DNA of 56,506 nucleotides. It comes from a virus. Taxonomy: Duplodnaviria; Caudoviricetes. Below the pieces are notes generated by a model. It saw nothing but the letters and a program-made list of their open reading frames with translations, was not told the origin of the DNA and did not search any database. Shown in pieces: positions 1 to 8,168 of this stretch; the first letter of the stretch is position 1, and each line of letters starts with the position of its first letter. The position numbers were made by a program, and so were the translations under genes. The stretch spans positions 1 to 56,506 of the IMG/VR virus record IMGVR_UViG_3300019762_000009. One strand, 5' to 3'.

Positions 1-531
1 CCCATAAATGGTTCCTGCATAGCTCTATCAAACCAATAAAAGCTATAAGATTACTGGATACATGGGAGATATGGAAAGTTATTTACTAACCGTACCAACA
101 TGTATACATGGCGGGATTTTACAAGTGTGCTTTAACGGCTACAACGTATGGTGTTGTTGTTGTGCGGTGTGTTGGTCATACTAACATGCAAGTAGTCACG
201 AACGATGGTTTACCCAAACACTAGTATAATCTGCCATATAGGGAACTCTTATCAGTTACCGGATGCCTAGCCCTGTCTGACCAAACCAGATAGGCTAGAT
301 GCAAAGTGTCCTGCTATGTTATCCCCGATACGTCAATATGAGGTGGGCAACTAAGGGCATGATATCAGTCAAACTGACGGACTCTGATAAGAGGTAGTTT
401 GGTTTCTCCTTTAAGTCGGGGAAGGGTTGTCTAACAATTTCTTCCCCGCCTTATATAAAGACAGGTGGGCACTGTAATCACTCCATACAGCATCTCACCC
501 CCAATGAGGCCCACCTGTTTTTATATAAGGC
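1..531 (+). ncRNA. 3' part of a candidate large structured ncRNA/leader (continues from ~56220)
   Basis: No credible long ORF. Helices 246-255/384-393, 417-448 hairpin and 448-470/509-531 (23 bp), plus four nested cross-junction helices with G-U pairs. Confidence 0.7.
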
Positions 532-552
532 AACTTTAACAGGAGAATTATT

Positions 553-1056
553 ATGCCTATGACTAACGAGGAACTGAAATTGTTTATTGACAATGCAGTG
601 GAAACTACTAACAGGGTACTGTACCGCATGGCTTTTCTTGAGCAGGGTCTTATGAACAACACGATTCCTATGGGTATCGTGTATGACCTTCCTGAAGAAA
701 CCCATACGCTCATTCCTGCCATGAATACAACCCTCTTGGCTGTTATTCGTGAGTGTGACGACATCGAGACTATCCGTAGTCTTGCCAATGGGTATGAGGC
801 GTGTGTTGAACGTGCTAAATCGGTAAATCGTTTGACCACTATACGTATCGAGTTGTACCATTCCGGCGGGAGTTCTGATTACTTTGAAGACTGCCTCTTG
901 CGTGTACTGGTTAACTCTGCGTGGTTCCGTTATAATACTTGTGTTACTGAATCCGTACCGGATATGCACTTGTGGTACTCCTTCGACGATGCACATGCTG
1001 TACGTCAGTATCATGAGTCTTTGTATATTTGCCCTATGTGTGAAGCAAAACAGTAG
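553..1056 (+). CDS. Hypothetical early protein
   Basis: 167-aa ORF with AGGAG RBS at 541-545; C-terminal CPMC. Confidence 0.85.
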   Translation: MPMTNEELKLFIDNAVETTNRVLYRMAFLEQGLMNNTIPMGIVYDLPEETHTLIPAMNTTLLAVIRECDDIETIRSLANGYEACVERAKSVNRLTTIRIELYHSGGSSDYFEDCLLRVLVNSAWFRYNTCVTESVPDMHLWYSFDDAHAVRQYHESLYICPMCEAKQ

Positions 1057-1132
1057 TAACTCCGGTCGAGTTGTTCGACCGTTTACACAAAGTAAACTTT
1101 AAAACTAAAGGTTACTTTCATATCTTCTTAGT

Positions 1133-1170
1133 AAGCCCCTGACTATTGGGTGAAGTCGGGGGCTTTCTTT
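1133..1170 (+). terminator. Rho-independent terminator-like hairpin
   Basis: AAGCCCCTGACT...AGTCGGGGGCTT followed by TCTTT. Confidence 0.6.
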
Positions 1171-1231
1171 GTATCTAACTGTGCGAGAGCCAGACACAGG
1201 AATATTTAGACGAATTGAAGGAGGTTTACAA

Positions 1232-1546
1232 ATGACCTTGACGACTAATCCCTTTACGTGGCGGTTCGCAAGTGAACACGCTAAGGCTTGGGTGATGAGC
1301 AACGCTATCAATTTTCCTCATGATCTTGGCGAATCCAAAGAGTTGTTCTTTCACGGCATGAAGGTCCGCTTTACTGTGATGCAGGTTCCGAATGTCGGCA
1401 ACCCTATCTTCCGCATTGAAGGTATCACTAAGCATATCGTGTACTGTGAAGACAGCTTTGTAGACCTGTCTACTATCTTCTGTCTGTTCCATTCGGCACG
1501 TTGTAAACGTATGCTTGATAGGAGAAGGCGACATGAAACCAAATAA
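1232..1546 (+). CDS. Hypothetical early protein
   Basis: ATG at 1232 after a GGAGG RBS, preferred over the TTG start at 1169. Confidence 0.8.
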   Translation: MTLTTNPFTWRFASEHAKAWVMSNAINFPHDLGESKELFFHGMKVRFTVMQVPNVGNPIFRIEGITKHIVYCEDSFVDLSTIFCLFHSARCKRMLDRRRRHETK

Positions 1547-1919
1547 AAAGACTACGTACATGGACCTCGTGTACTATCTGTACGAAACTATCCGTGTGGA
1601 GATGGATTGGAGTCAGCAAGTTACCTATCAACAACAGCTTAATGGGATGGTCAACCAGCCTAATACTATTGCCCTCCCTATACTGTTAGTGGTCAAGCTT
1701 GTAGACTACCCTGAATATGATGTTGAGTCCTTCTATAACGACGTTAGAGAATGCTCGTTGGACCTGTACACCCTCCGTAAATGGTGCGAGTTGACTAGTT
1801 CAAAGAATACCCCCATCGAACTGCATAATATATGCAGAGTTAAGCAAGGTATAGCTATCTTTCTTCTGTGCGGTCTGGCAGGAACAGTAACAAACTTTCT
1901 CATTAAACACCTTCTTTGA
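1533..1919 (+). CDS. Hypothetical protein with hydrophobic C-terminus
   Basis: ATG at 1533 after GGAG; overlaps the upstream gene. Confidence 0.8.
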   Translation: MKPNKKTTYMDLVYYLYETIRVEMDWSQQVTYQQQLNGMVNQPNTIALPILLVVKLVDYPEYDVESFYNDVRECSLDLYTLRKWCELTSSKNTPIELHNICRVKQGIAIFLLCGLAGTVTNFLIKHLL

Positions 1920-1993
1920 TCCGTTGTAGGTACAACATGGGACCAACCGCCTATGTTGTACCGCTCAACCGATTAACTCTAAGGAGAAACCTT

Positions 1994-2587
1994 ATGGCTA
2001 GTAAAAGAAAAAGTCGGGTGACTAAGGCTCTTATCGATCACTTCTGTAAAAACTACACACTTCGTGTAGCTAGGCATCTGGCAACGAGACACCGCAACCC
2101 GCATCGTTTGTTGCTTGAGTTGGACCCTCAGTGGTATCTATTCTATGGCGTTGCCGTGCGTACCGTAAACCCCTATGGGTTTTTCACTTACTCATACACT
2201 AAGGACAACGGAACAGACTGTTATGAGTGTGCTGTTTGCGGAAGGAACGTCCCCAAACATATGCGTGAGAAGCATATCACAGGCTCTTGCTCTGGTTTGA
2301 AAGGTTTGTGGGCTAACTGCGACACCTTTGAACTGTTCGTTGATCTTGTACGGGGTAGTTACGGCCTTGCTATTGACACAGATCATGTGAAATACGAGTT
2401 AGAAAAAGCTAAAGTAAGAGCCTATTATAACAATAAAAGGCCAAAAGATTTCAGAACAAAGCTCGACAGGTATGCTGATAATATTGGTCGGGCTATCGTT
2501 TATGGTTGGTACTCTGCTGTACAGTCGGGGTACGTGGATGAACACTATGAAGTGGGCCACATTCCGTGGCTGACTAATACAAGGTAA
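1994..2587 (+). CDS. Hypothetical basic protein with putative Zn finger (CAVC...H...C)
   Basis: AAGGAG RBS before ATG 1994; preceded by a 13-bp hairpin. Confidence 0.8.
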   Translation: MASKRKSRVTKALIDHFCKNYTLRVARHLATRHRNPHRLLLELDPQWYLFYGVAVRTVNPYGFFTYSYTKDNGTDCYECAVCGRNVPKHMREKHITGSCSGLKGLWANCDTFELFVDLVRGSYGLAIDTDHVKYELEKAKVRAYYNNKRPKDFRTKLDRYADNIGRAIVYGWYSAVQSGYVDEHYEVGHIPWLTNTR

Positions 2588-2598
2588 GGAGTAACGTC

Positions 2599-3033
2599 AT
2601 GGCTGCAAGACCTGCAACATCTACTGAGTTGCTCGCATACCACAGACAGTGCAACGGTACTGTTCACGGGTTCGTGAATGGTGTTGTAGTCGTGGTACTC
2701 GACAACGAAACTGGCAAAGTTATTAAAGAGACTGCACTTGCCTCCACTGCTATCGACAATGGTAGTACTGAGGGTGCAGCAGTTCGTAGGGTAAAGGGTC
2801 GCATCTTCTTGTATGTCCCTGAATCCGCAGTAGATAAACTGTGTAAAGTGGACAAAGAGTTTCTTGCAAAGCAGGTGGATGCTTCTAAGAGACTTATCGA
2901 TAAGTGTTTGGGCAAGGAAGACGAAAGCCCTCGCTTGTCCGGCGCACCTCGCAATCGTATGGACCTTCTCCGCACTGCAAAACAGAAGCAGAAGGCCGGT
3001 ATTTGCAGGGGCAACGTATCTTTTAAACTCTAA
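2599..3033 (+). CDS. Hypothetical protein
   Basis: AAGGAG RBS; 144 aa. Confidence 0.85.
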   Translation: MAARPATSTELLAYHRQCNGTVHGFVNGVVVVVLDNETGKVIKETALASTAIDNGSTEGAAVRRVKGRIFLYVPESAVDKLCKVDKEFLAKQVDASKRLIDKCLGKEDESPRLSGAPRNRMDLLRTAKQKQKAGICRGNVSFKL

Positions 3034-3047
3034 CATGGAGAAATGTT

Positions 3048-3467
3048 ATGGCAACGGCAATCGTAATGATCAACCATACCGAAAAGGAACTGGTTGATCT
3101 CCCGAATCTTAGTGCAGAGGCGTATGCAAAGATCATTAAAGATCGTGAAGCAGGTAAGTGTAATGCATTCTATTACGCAATGCAGAACATGATCGCTGAC
3201 GGCGACCTGTCTCCCGCCTTTCTTATCAAGCAGGAAGAAGCCCCATTCAACATGGATTGGGATAAACTTGCGGCTGATCCCTCTCAGTTGTATATCTGTG
3301 AGAACAGATACTACAAAAAGTTCGAAGGCAACATGAACTTTATGGCTGTGATTCTCCCACCTGAGAAGGACGGGGATGATTACACCTATGGCTTTGCAAT
3401 CCTCATGCCGGATGATCACAAATCTGTGAAAGATATTCTGGAATCCGGTATCGAATACGTCGGCTAG
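3048..3467 (+). CDS. Hypothetical acidic protein
   Basis: GGAG RBS; 139 aa. Confidence 0.85.
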   Translation: MATAIVMINHTEKELVDLPNLSAEAYAKIIKDREAGKCNAFYYAMQNMIADGDLSPAFLIKQEEAPFNMDWDKLAADPSQLYICENRYYKKFEGNMNFMAVILPPEKDGDDYTYGFAILMPDDHKSVKDILESGIEYVG

Positions 3468-3526
3468 ACCTGTCTATCAACGTCTAATCTAAACAAACAC
3501 ACTCAAATTCTTAAGGAGAATTAACA

Positions 3527-4849
3527 ATGGCAAAATACATCAACGCAGCAATGGCTATGACTAAAGCAAACATCACCTCTGCAAAAGCAGCAGCAGTTGT
3601 GAAGACTGTGGAACAGGGTGATGCACTGCTCAGCCTGTGGGTGCAGGAAAATATCCCTGCTGAATACGAACGCTTCGTGAACTCTGCACAGTTCCGACTG
3701 TCTGTAGCTGAAACTCTGCTTGTTATTGCACAGACCGCTGGCCTGAAACAGGGCAATAAACTGGTAGACATTCTGGAAACTTACATCACTGTACAGTTCG
3801 CAGAAATCGGAACCTCTGCTGTCGATACGCTCTTCCCTAAACTGGAAGAGATGAAGGACGCTGCCCTCATCAAGTTCAATGACATGTTTGACATGGACCT
3901 CCCTTCCTACCTGCTGTCCGATGCAGCACAGAAAGAACAGGCCATGAAAAAGCCTATTGTCAACGACCAGAAAGGTAAGAAGTCTGACAAAAAGAAAGAC
4001 AACAAGCCTGTGCTGTCCGGTGTTAAAGCAGCAGAGGATGCTGTTAAGGCCGCAAAGGATGCAGCTCCTGCCGAACAGGAACCCCTCAACACCTCCGGTA
4101 CTCTCCGTGAAGGCTTCGAAAAGCAGGGCTTCGTGTTCGATGACGAACACCTGTCTCCTCAGAAAGCGCAGGGTGGCAAACTGAAACGTATCCCTGAGCA
4201 GGACCTGAAATGCACTCATTGCGGTGACACCCCTGAACGTAAGGACAAACAGCAGCCTAAAGCTTGCAACCAGCTTAAGAAAAAACGTACCATCGTGGAC
4301 GAAAAGTCCAAGCTTCTGCACCCTGAACTCGGTGTGCCTATGATGGCATTCAACGGCTACGGTCTTTGTGATACATGCTACAAGCAGTTGCTGTCCATCG
4401 TTGCGGATGCGGACCAGTGGTCCAAGAAAACCAAAAGCCTCCTGAAGAAATTCCCTGAAGGCTATGGTAAAGAACAGGAAGATGCTCTGAAACAGGTCGG
4501 TAAAGACCTCAAGGAATTGCGTGGCAGCGTTAAAAATATGAAGGGTGCTGCTAAGAACGTGATCGAAAGCCAGATCGCTACACTGGCAGACGACCAGAAA
4601 CGTATTAAAGAGGCTCTTACAGAGTTCAACGAAGAGTTCGAAAAGCTTAATGTTGATCATCCTGTATACGCTTCCGATGCTGAATGGGAAGAAGCTCAGA
4701 ACAAACTCTTGGCAATGATCCTCGAAGAGGACGTTACTGAAGTTGAACAGGAAGCTCCTGCTGAAACACCGGAAGAGGAAGATAAACAGCCTCAGCGTGA
4801 GGAAGTCAAACTGTCCGGCGCACCTAAGAAGAACGTCTTCCGCCGCTAG
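3527..4849 (+). CDS. Hypothetical 440-aa protein with Zn-ribbon-like CTHC/CDTC and coiled-coil/acidic C-terminus
   Basis: AAGGAG RBS, strongly biased codon usage, terminator downstream. Confidence 0.9.
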   Translation: MAKYINAAMAMTKANITSAKAAAVVKTVEQGDALLSLWVQENIPAEYERFVNSAQFRLSVAETLLVIAQTAGLKQGNKLVDILETYITVQFAEIGTSAVDTLFPKLEEMKDAALIKFNDMFDMDLPSYLLSDAAQKEQAMKKPIVNDQKGKKSDKKKDNKPVLSGVKAAEDAVKAAKDAAPAEQEPLNTSGTLREGFEKQGFVFDDEHLSPQKAQGGKLKRIPEQDLKCTHCGDTPERKDKQQPKACNQLKKKRTIVDEKSKLLHPELGVPMMAFNGYGLCDTCYKQLLSIVADADQWSKKTKSLLKKFPEGYGKEQEDALKQVGKDLKELRGSVKNMKGAAKNVIESQIATLADDQKRIKEALTEFNEEFEKLNVDHPVYASDAEWEEAQNKLLAMILEEDVTEVEQEAPAETPEEEDKQPQREEVKLSGAPKKNVFRR

Positions 4850-4879
4850 TCTTAGTACAGATAACCTAACCTATTAACG

Positions 4880-4913
4880 AGGGTCGTCATAAACATGGCG
4901 ACCCTTTTCTTTT
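4880..4913 (+). terminator. Rho-independent terminator
   Basis: AGGGTCGTCAT-AAAC-ATGGCGACCCT followed by a T tract. Confidence 0.75.
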
Positions 4914-4926
4914 AAGGAGAATCAAC

Positions 4927-5571
4927 ATGGCAAAAGCTTTGAATGAAGAAACCAAGTTCGACGTGGAAGTTGAAAACATCGAAGGTGAAACTGAACAGAG
5001 TATGAAAGATAAAGCTCTGGCTGCTCTCGGTGATTACCTCACTGACGAACAGATGGAACAGGTGCAGGCTATCACAAATAGTACTGTTGTTCAGGTCAAC
5101 ACTTCTGCAATTGCAAAGGCTTCTAAGCAGGTAACTGCTGACAAGATGCTCCGCAATATGAAGACAGTGATGTCTCTGCTTGCTGCTCGTGGCTCTTACA
5201 CAGCACCTCTCGCCCCGTTCCTCGCAGAAAGTAACATGCTCCCTATCGCTGTCTTCTCCGGTGCAGCAGCCTACTACGGTGCTGACGGTGGTGAGGTTCC
5301 AACATGGGTAAATGAAATGCTCGAAGCTGGGTATCGGGGCGCAGTAAATGATCCGATTACCTACATGTTCTGCAAACCCGTGGAGTTTCTCGAAACTTCC
5401 TTCGGTGGGAAGAAAGGTCTGGCTAAATTGTCCGAACTCTTCTCCGATAAGGAGCTGACTCAGGAAGAAGTAGAAGAGAAACTCAAAGAGATTCTCCCTA
5501 CAGCAGAGAACTTTACCTTTGACGAGGGAGAAGTTCATGTAGACGGGGATGAAAAGCCTACTGTTATGTAG
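4927..5571 (+). CDS. Hypothetical acidic protein
   Basis: AAGGAG RBS; 214 aa. Confidence 0.88.
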   Translation: MAKALNEETKFDVEVENIEGETEQSMKDKALAALGDYLTDEQMEQVQAITNSTVVQVNTSAIAKASKQVTADKMLRNMKTVMSLLAARGSYTAPLAPFLAESNMLPIAVFSGAAAYYGADGGEVPTWVNEMLEAGYRGAVNDPITYMFCKPVEFLETSFGGKKGLAKLSELFSDKELTQEEVEEKLKEILPTAENFTFDEGEVHVDGDEKPTVM

Positions 5572-5574
5572 CTA

Positions 5575-6050
5575 GAAGCTCCTAGAGGGGTGGGAACTTC
5601 GGTTCCCCCTCTCGATGGAACGTCTAGGCCAGTGGCTGACGTACCTAGAACCACGGCTCAACTGAGCGAACTACTAATAACTTCTGAATAAAAGCCCTTG
5701 AGCGTAGGGATTGAGAACATGCTGTGTATTTACTACACACGACTAGACCTGCCCCTTGTTTATCAAGGAAGCCCGCTAGTGATGTCAACTTGGGACATGC
5801 CCGTCAGATACGCCAAGGCGAAAGGCCCGACCAAAGGAACGGTAACATTCAGAATAGTTGGTAACTTCAATTGGTTGCACAATGCTACTTTATTGTTTAT
5901 CTCAGGTAGCACGGTCGGTTGGTTTCTAATGAGGGTGGTTGCAGTGCATAAGTTGTTGTTAGTCTTCTTACTGTTTGTCTATCATTTCTTGCGAGGACGT
6001 GCTTGCTATAATGAAATGTCTCAACCACTCCTGTTAAAAACTAACCGATT
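5575..6050 (+). ncRNA. Candidate structured ncRNA/leader (~480 nt)
   Basis: Dense hairpins including a cUUCGg tetraloop; long-range helices 5682-5689/5847-5854, 5914-5925/6038-6049 and 5933-5941/6022-6030. Confidence 0.6.
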
Positions 6051-6064
6051 AAAAGGAGGAAGTT

Positions 6065-6568
6065 ATGGTTAGTCAAATCGAACATGTGGTCGGGCTTCTC
6101 CGTGACCACGCTTCAGTATTAAACGCCGCCTGTAGAATTGTCAGGCCACAGTGTCCAAGGGTTATCAAGTCTATGTACGCCCCCGTTAAGGAGGCGCATA
6201 ATAGACTGTCGAGTCCTACGAAAACATACAGAAAGAACGCCAGCGTGCAGTACAAACTGGTGAGCTTACCTGTTTACTACACAACAAACATGGATGTTCT
6301 CGAATGCATGGGGAAACTGGTAGCGTTTGTTAAGCATGAGCAAAGCAAACAGGGACGAAGACACTCACTCGTATGTGGACGAAGACCTGTACAGGTTCCT
6401 ACTGCTTTCATGACGAGCCTTGCAAGTATTATCACTGTGAGTTCTTCCTTGTCTAACAGTAAGAATCATAAAGAAATCCTGCTTGCCTACGCAGATCATC
6501 CGAGCTTACAGGCGAAGATGCACATGACTCTTGTGCGAATGTCTGCAATTAGAACACTCACCTTTTAG
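6065..6568 (+). CDS. Hypothetical basic protein
   Basis: AGGAGG RBS; 167 aa. Confidence 0.82.
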   Translation: MVSQIEHVVGLLRDHASVLNAACRIVRPQCPRVIKSMYAPVKEAHNRLSSPTKTYRKNASVQYKLVSLPVYYTTNMDVLECMGKLVAFVKHEQSKQGRRHSLVCGRRPVQVPTAFMTSLASIITVSSSLSNSKNHKEILLAYADHPSLQAKMHMTLVRMSAIRTLTF

Positions 6569-6577
6569 GAGAACAAC

Positions 6578-7066
6578 ATGGGTACTAAAATTCTGGACCG
6601 TCGAATCAATATGCTCAAGCGATATGTTGATTCGTTGATTGATCTTGGCGAATCTCTGGACATGACTATGATCCACCATGATATCAATAAGGCAGGGGAG
6701 TTAGATTTTCTTAGTGGCGTTCTGTTCAACTGGCAGATGCAGAAAGTTAGAGTTAAAAAGGATACATTCTTTCTCGCTCTCACATGCCTTCCGCACCCCG
6801 TCAAGGTATTATCATTGACCAGTACTATTAGTGCTGAGTTCAAGGCAGGTAATATGTACTCCTTGACTATCAGTGAACTGGACAACGTATGGTCTGCAAG
6901 GAATGACCTTCACACCTTCGCTAAATCTTTGGTAGAAATCGAGCATGATCTTGTTGCCCTTGCAGAAGAACGTCGGCAGCGTGGCAACGAAACCTCAATG
7001 ATTCTAGCAGGTTACACAGCCTCCCTTATACAGGATAAGGAGGCTAGTGATAGAGATAACAGCTAG
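6578..7066 (+). CDS. Hypothetical protein
   Basis: AGGAG RBS; 162 aa. Confidence 0.85.
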   Translation: MGTKILDRRINMLKRYVDSLIDLGESLDMTMIHHDINKAGELDFLSGVLFNWQMQKVRVKKDTFFLALTCLPHPVKVLSLTSTISAEFKAGNMYSLTISELDNVWSARNDLHTFAKSLVEIEHDLVALAEERRQRGNETSMILAGYTASLIQDKEASDRDNS

Positions 7067-7092
7067 TAGTTAGCTAAACGATGGAGGTTGCT

Positions 7093-7284
7093 ATGTTGAA
7101 AGCAATCAGTGGCGTATGTATGGGTGCAACAGTTATCTGCTTGTCTGGTTTGCTTGCAGTAGGTGGTGTCGTACTCGTCAAAGACAGTAAAGAAGACTAC
7201 ACTAAACGAAAGGCAGCGAAAGCCCTTGCAGTAGCAGATGCAGGGGAAGGAGGTGGGCCAGATGCCGAAAAGTCTGAAGCCTAA
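7093..7284 (+). CDS. Small membrane protein
   Basis: GGAGG RBS before ATG 7093; N-terminal hydrophobic segment. Confidence 0.7.
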   Translation: MLKAISGVCMGATVICLSGLLAVGGVVLVKDSKEDYTKRKAAKALAVADAGEGGGPDAEKSEA

Positions 7285-7426
7285 CCGCAAGCCTCGTAAG
7301 GCAATAATTGTTGCTGACTGTATCGGCGTAGTCATGATGGGGATCGTAGCAGTCGGAAGCGTCTGCTGTGGTATCCTCGATGCCCGTGCTGCCGTCGAAG
7401 GAATTAAAGCCAGACGCAACGGTTAG
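7262..7426 (+). CDS. Small membrane protein
   Basis: GGAGG RBS before ATG 7262; basic N-terminus then a hydrophobic helix. Confidence 0.65.
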   Translation: MPKSLKPNRKPRKAIIVADCIGVVMMGIVAVGSVCCGILDARAAVEGIKARRNG

Positions 7427-7454
7427 CCAATCAACTATGGAACTTCTCAATGTA

Positions 7455-7482
7455 AGGGGGTCTGATTGTCAGACTCCCTTTT
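7455..7482 (+). terminator. Terminator-like hairpin
   Basis: AAGGGGGTCTGA-TTG-TCAGACTCCCTT followed by TT. Confidence 0.6.
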
Positions 7483-7540
7483 CTATTACAGACAAGAGAA
7501 TTAAATGACTTTGTATGATCGCATACAGGAGGAACTTACT

Positions 7541-8056
7541 ATGGCAAAGAACAAAGACAACAACCAGAACAATCAGCAGCAGCAGGGTAAACAGAAGAAC
7601 AAAGGCGGCAACCAGCAGCAGGAAGGCTTGAGCCTGAACGTCGGTGGGCTGTCCCCTGATAAGGCTTCTGCAAAGAAAGCTGGTGGCTTCGCAATCATCC
7701 TCGGCTGTGTAGCAGCAGGCTGTGCGGTTGCCGCAACAATCTTTGGTGCGCTTGAAGGCAAAGCCAAAAAGAAACAGGGTGAACTCAAAAAGCCCGTTAC
7801 TACTGACGCTGAGTTCAAACGTAAGCAACATAACCCTGACGCAGTACGTACCTCTGACAACACTGGTACAGTAAAAGTCACAAATGATTTCGTTGAAGGT
7901 AAAGGTGAAGGTCGTGATCCTAAAGAGCCTGAAAGCAGCAATACCAAAGCTGATGACAAATCTGGACAGGACGATGCAGCAGAAAATGCGGGAAGCAAAT
8001 CCGATGACGACAACAAAGAAAGCGGTGCGGACAAGCTCCACCCGCAGACCAAGTAA
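7541..8056 (+). CDS. Single-pass membrane protein with Q/N-rich N-terminus and low-complexity charged C-terminus
   Basis: GGAGG RBS; hydrophobic segment GFAIILGCVAAGCAVAATIFGAL. Confidence 0.85.
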   Translation: MAKNKDNNQNNQQQQGKQKNKGGNQQQEGLSLNVGGLSPDKASAKKAGGFAIILGCVAAGCAVAATIFGALEGKAKKKQGELKKPVTTDAEFKRKQHNPDAVRTSDNTGTVKVTNDFVEGKGEGRDPKEPESSNTKADDKSGQDDAAENAGSKSDDDNKESGADKLHPQTK

Positions 8057-8168
8057 TCGTTAATCGTTAACAGATAGAAGGTCGGAATAATCCGGCCTTC
8101 AATTGTGTCAACGAGACACGAAGGAAATGATTGTATAAACTTAACCCTACAGGATAAGGGTATTGACT

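Noticed and set aside
62-184. Small Cys-rich ORF ending WCCCCAVCWSY
   Set aside because: RBS spacing is poor, and the TGT run is explained by pairing of 153-166 with 56447-56460.
3521-4660. Long antisense ORFs (also 28424-29314, 44073-45020, 45168-45974 and others)
   Set aside because: Shadow frames of codon-biased real genes; no RBS or motifs.
5698-6072. 124-aa ORF from the track
   Set aside because: TTG start without an RBS; the region is better explained as structured RNA.
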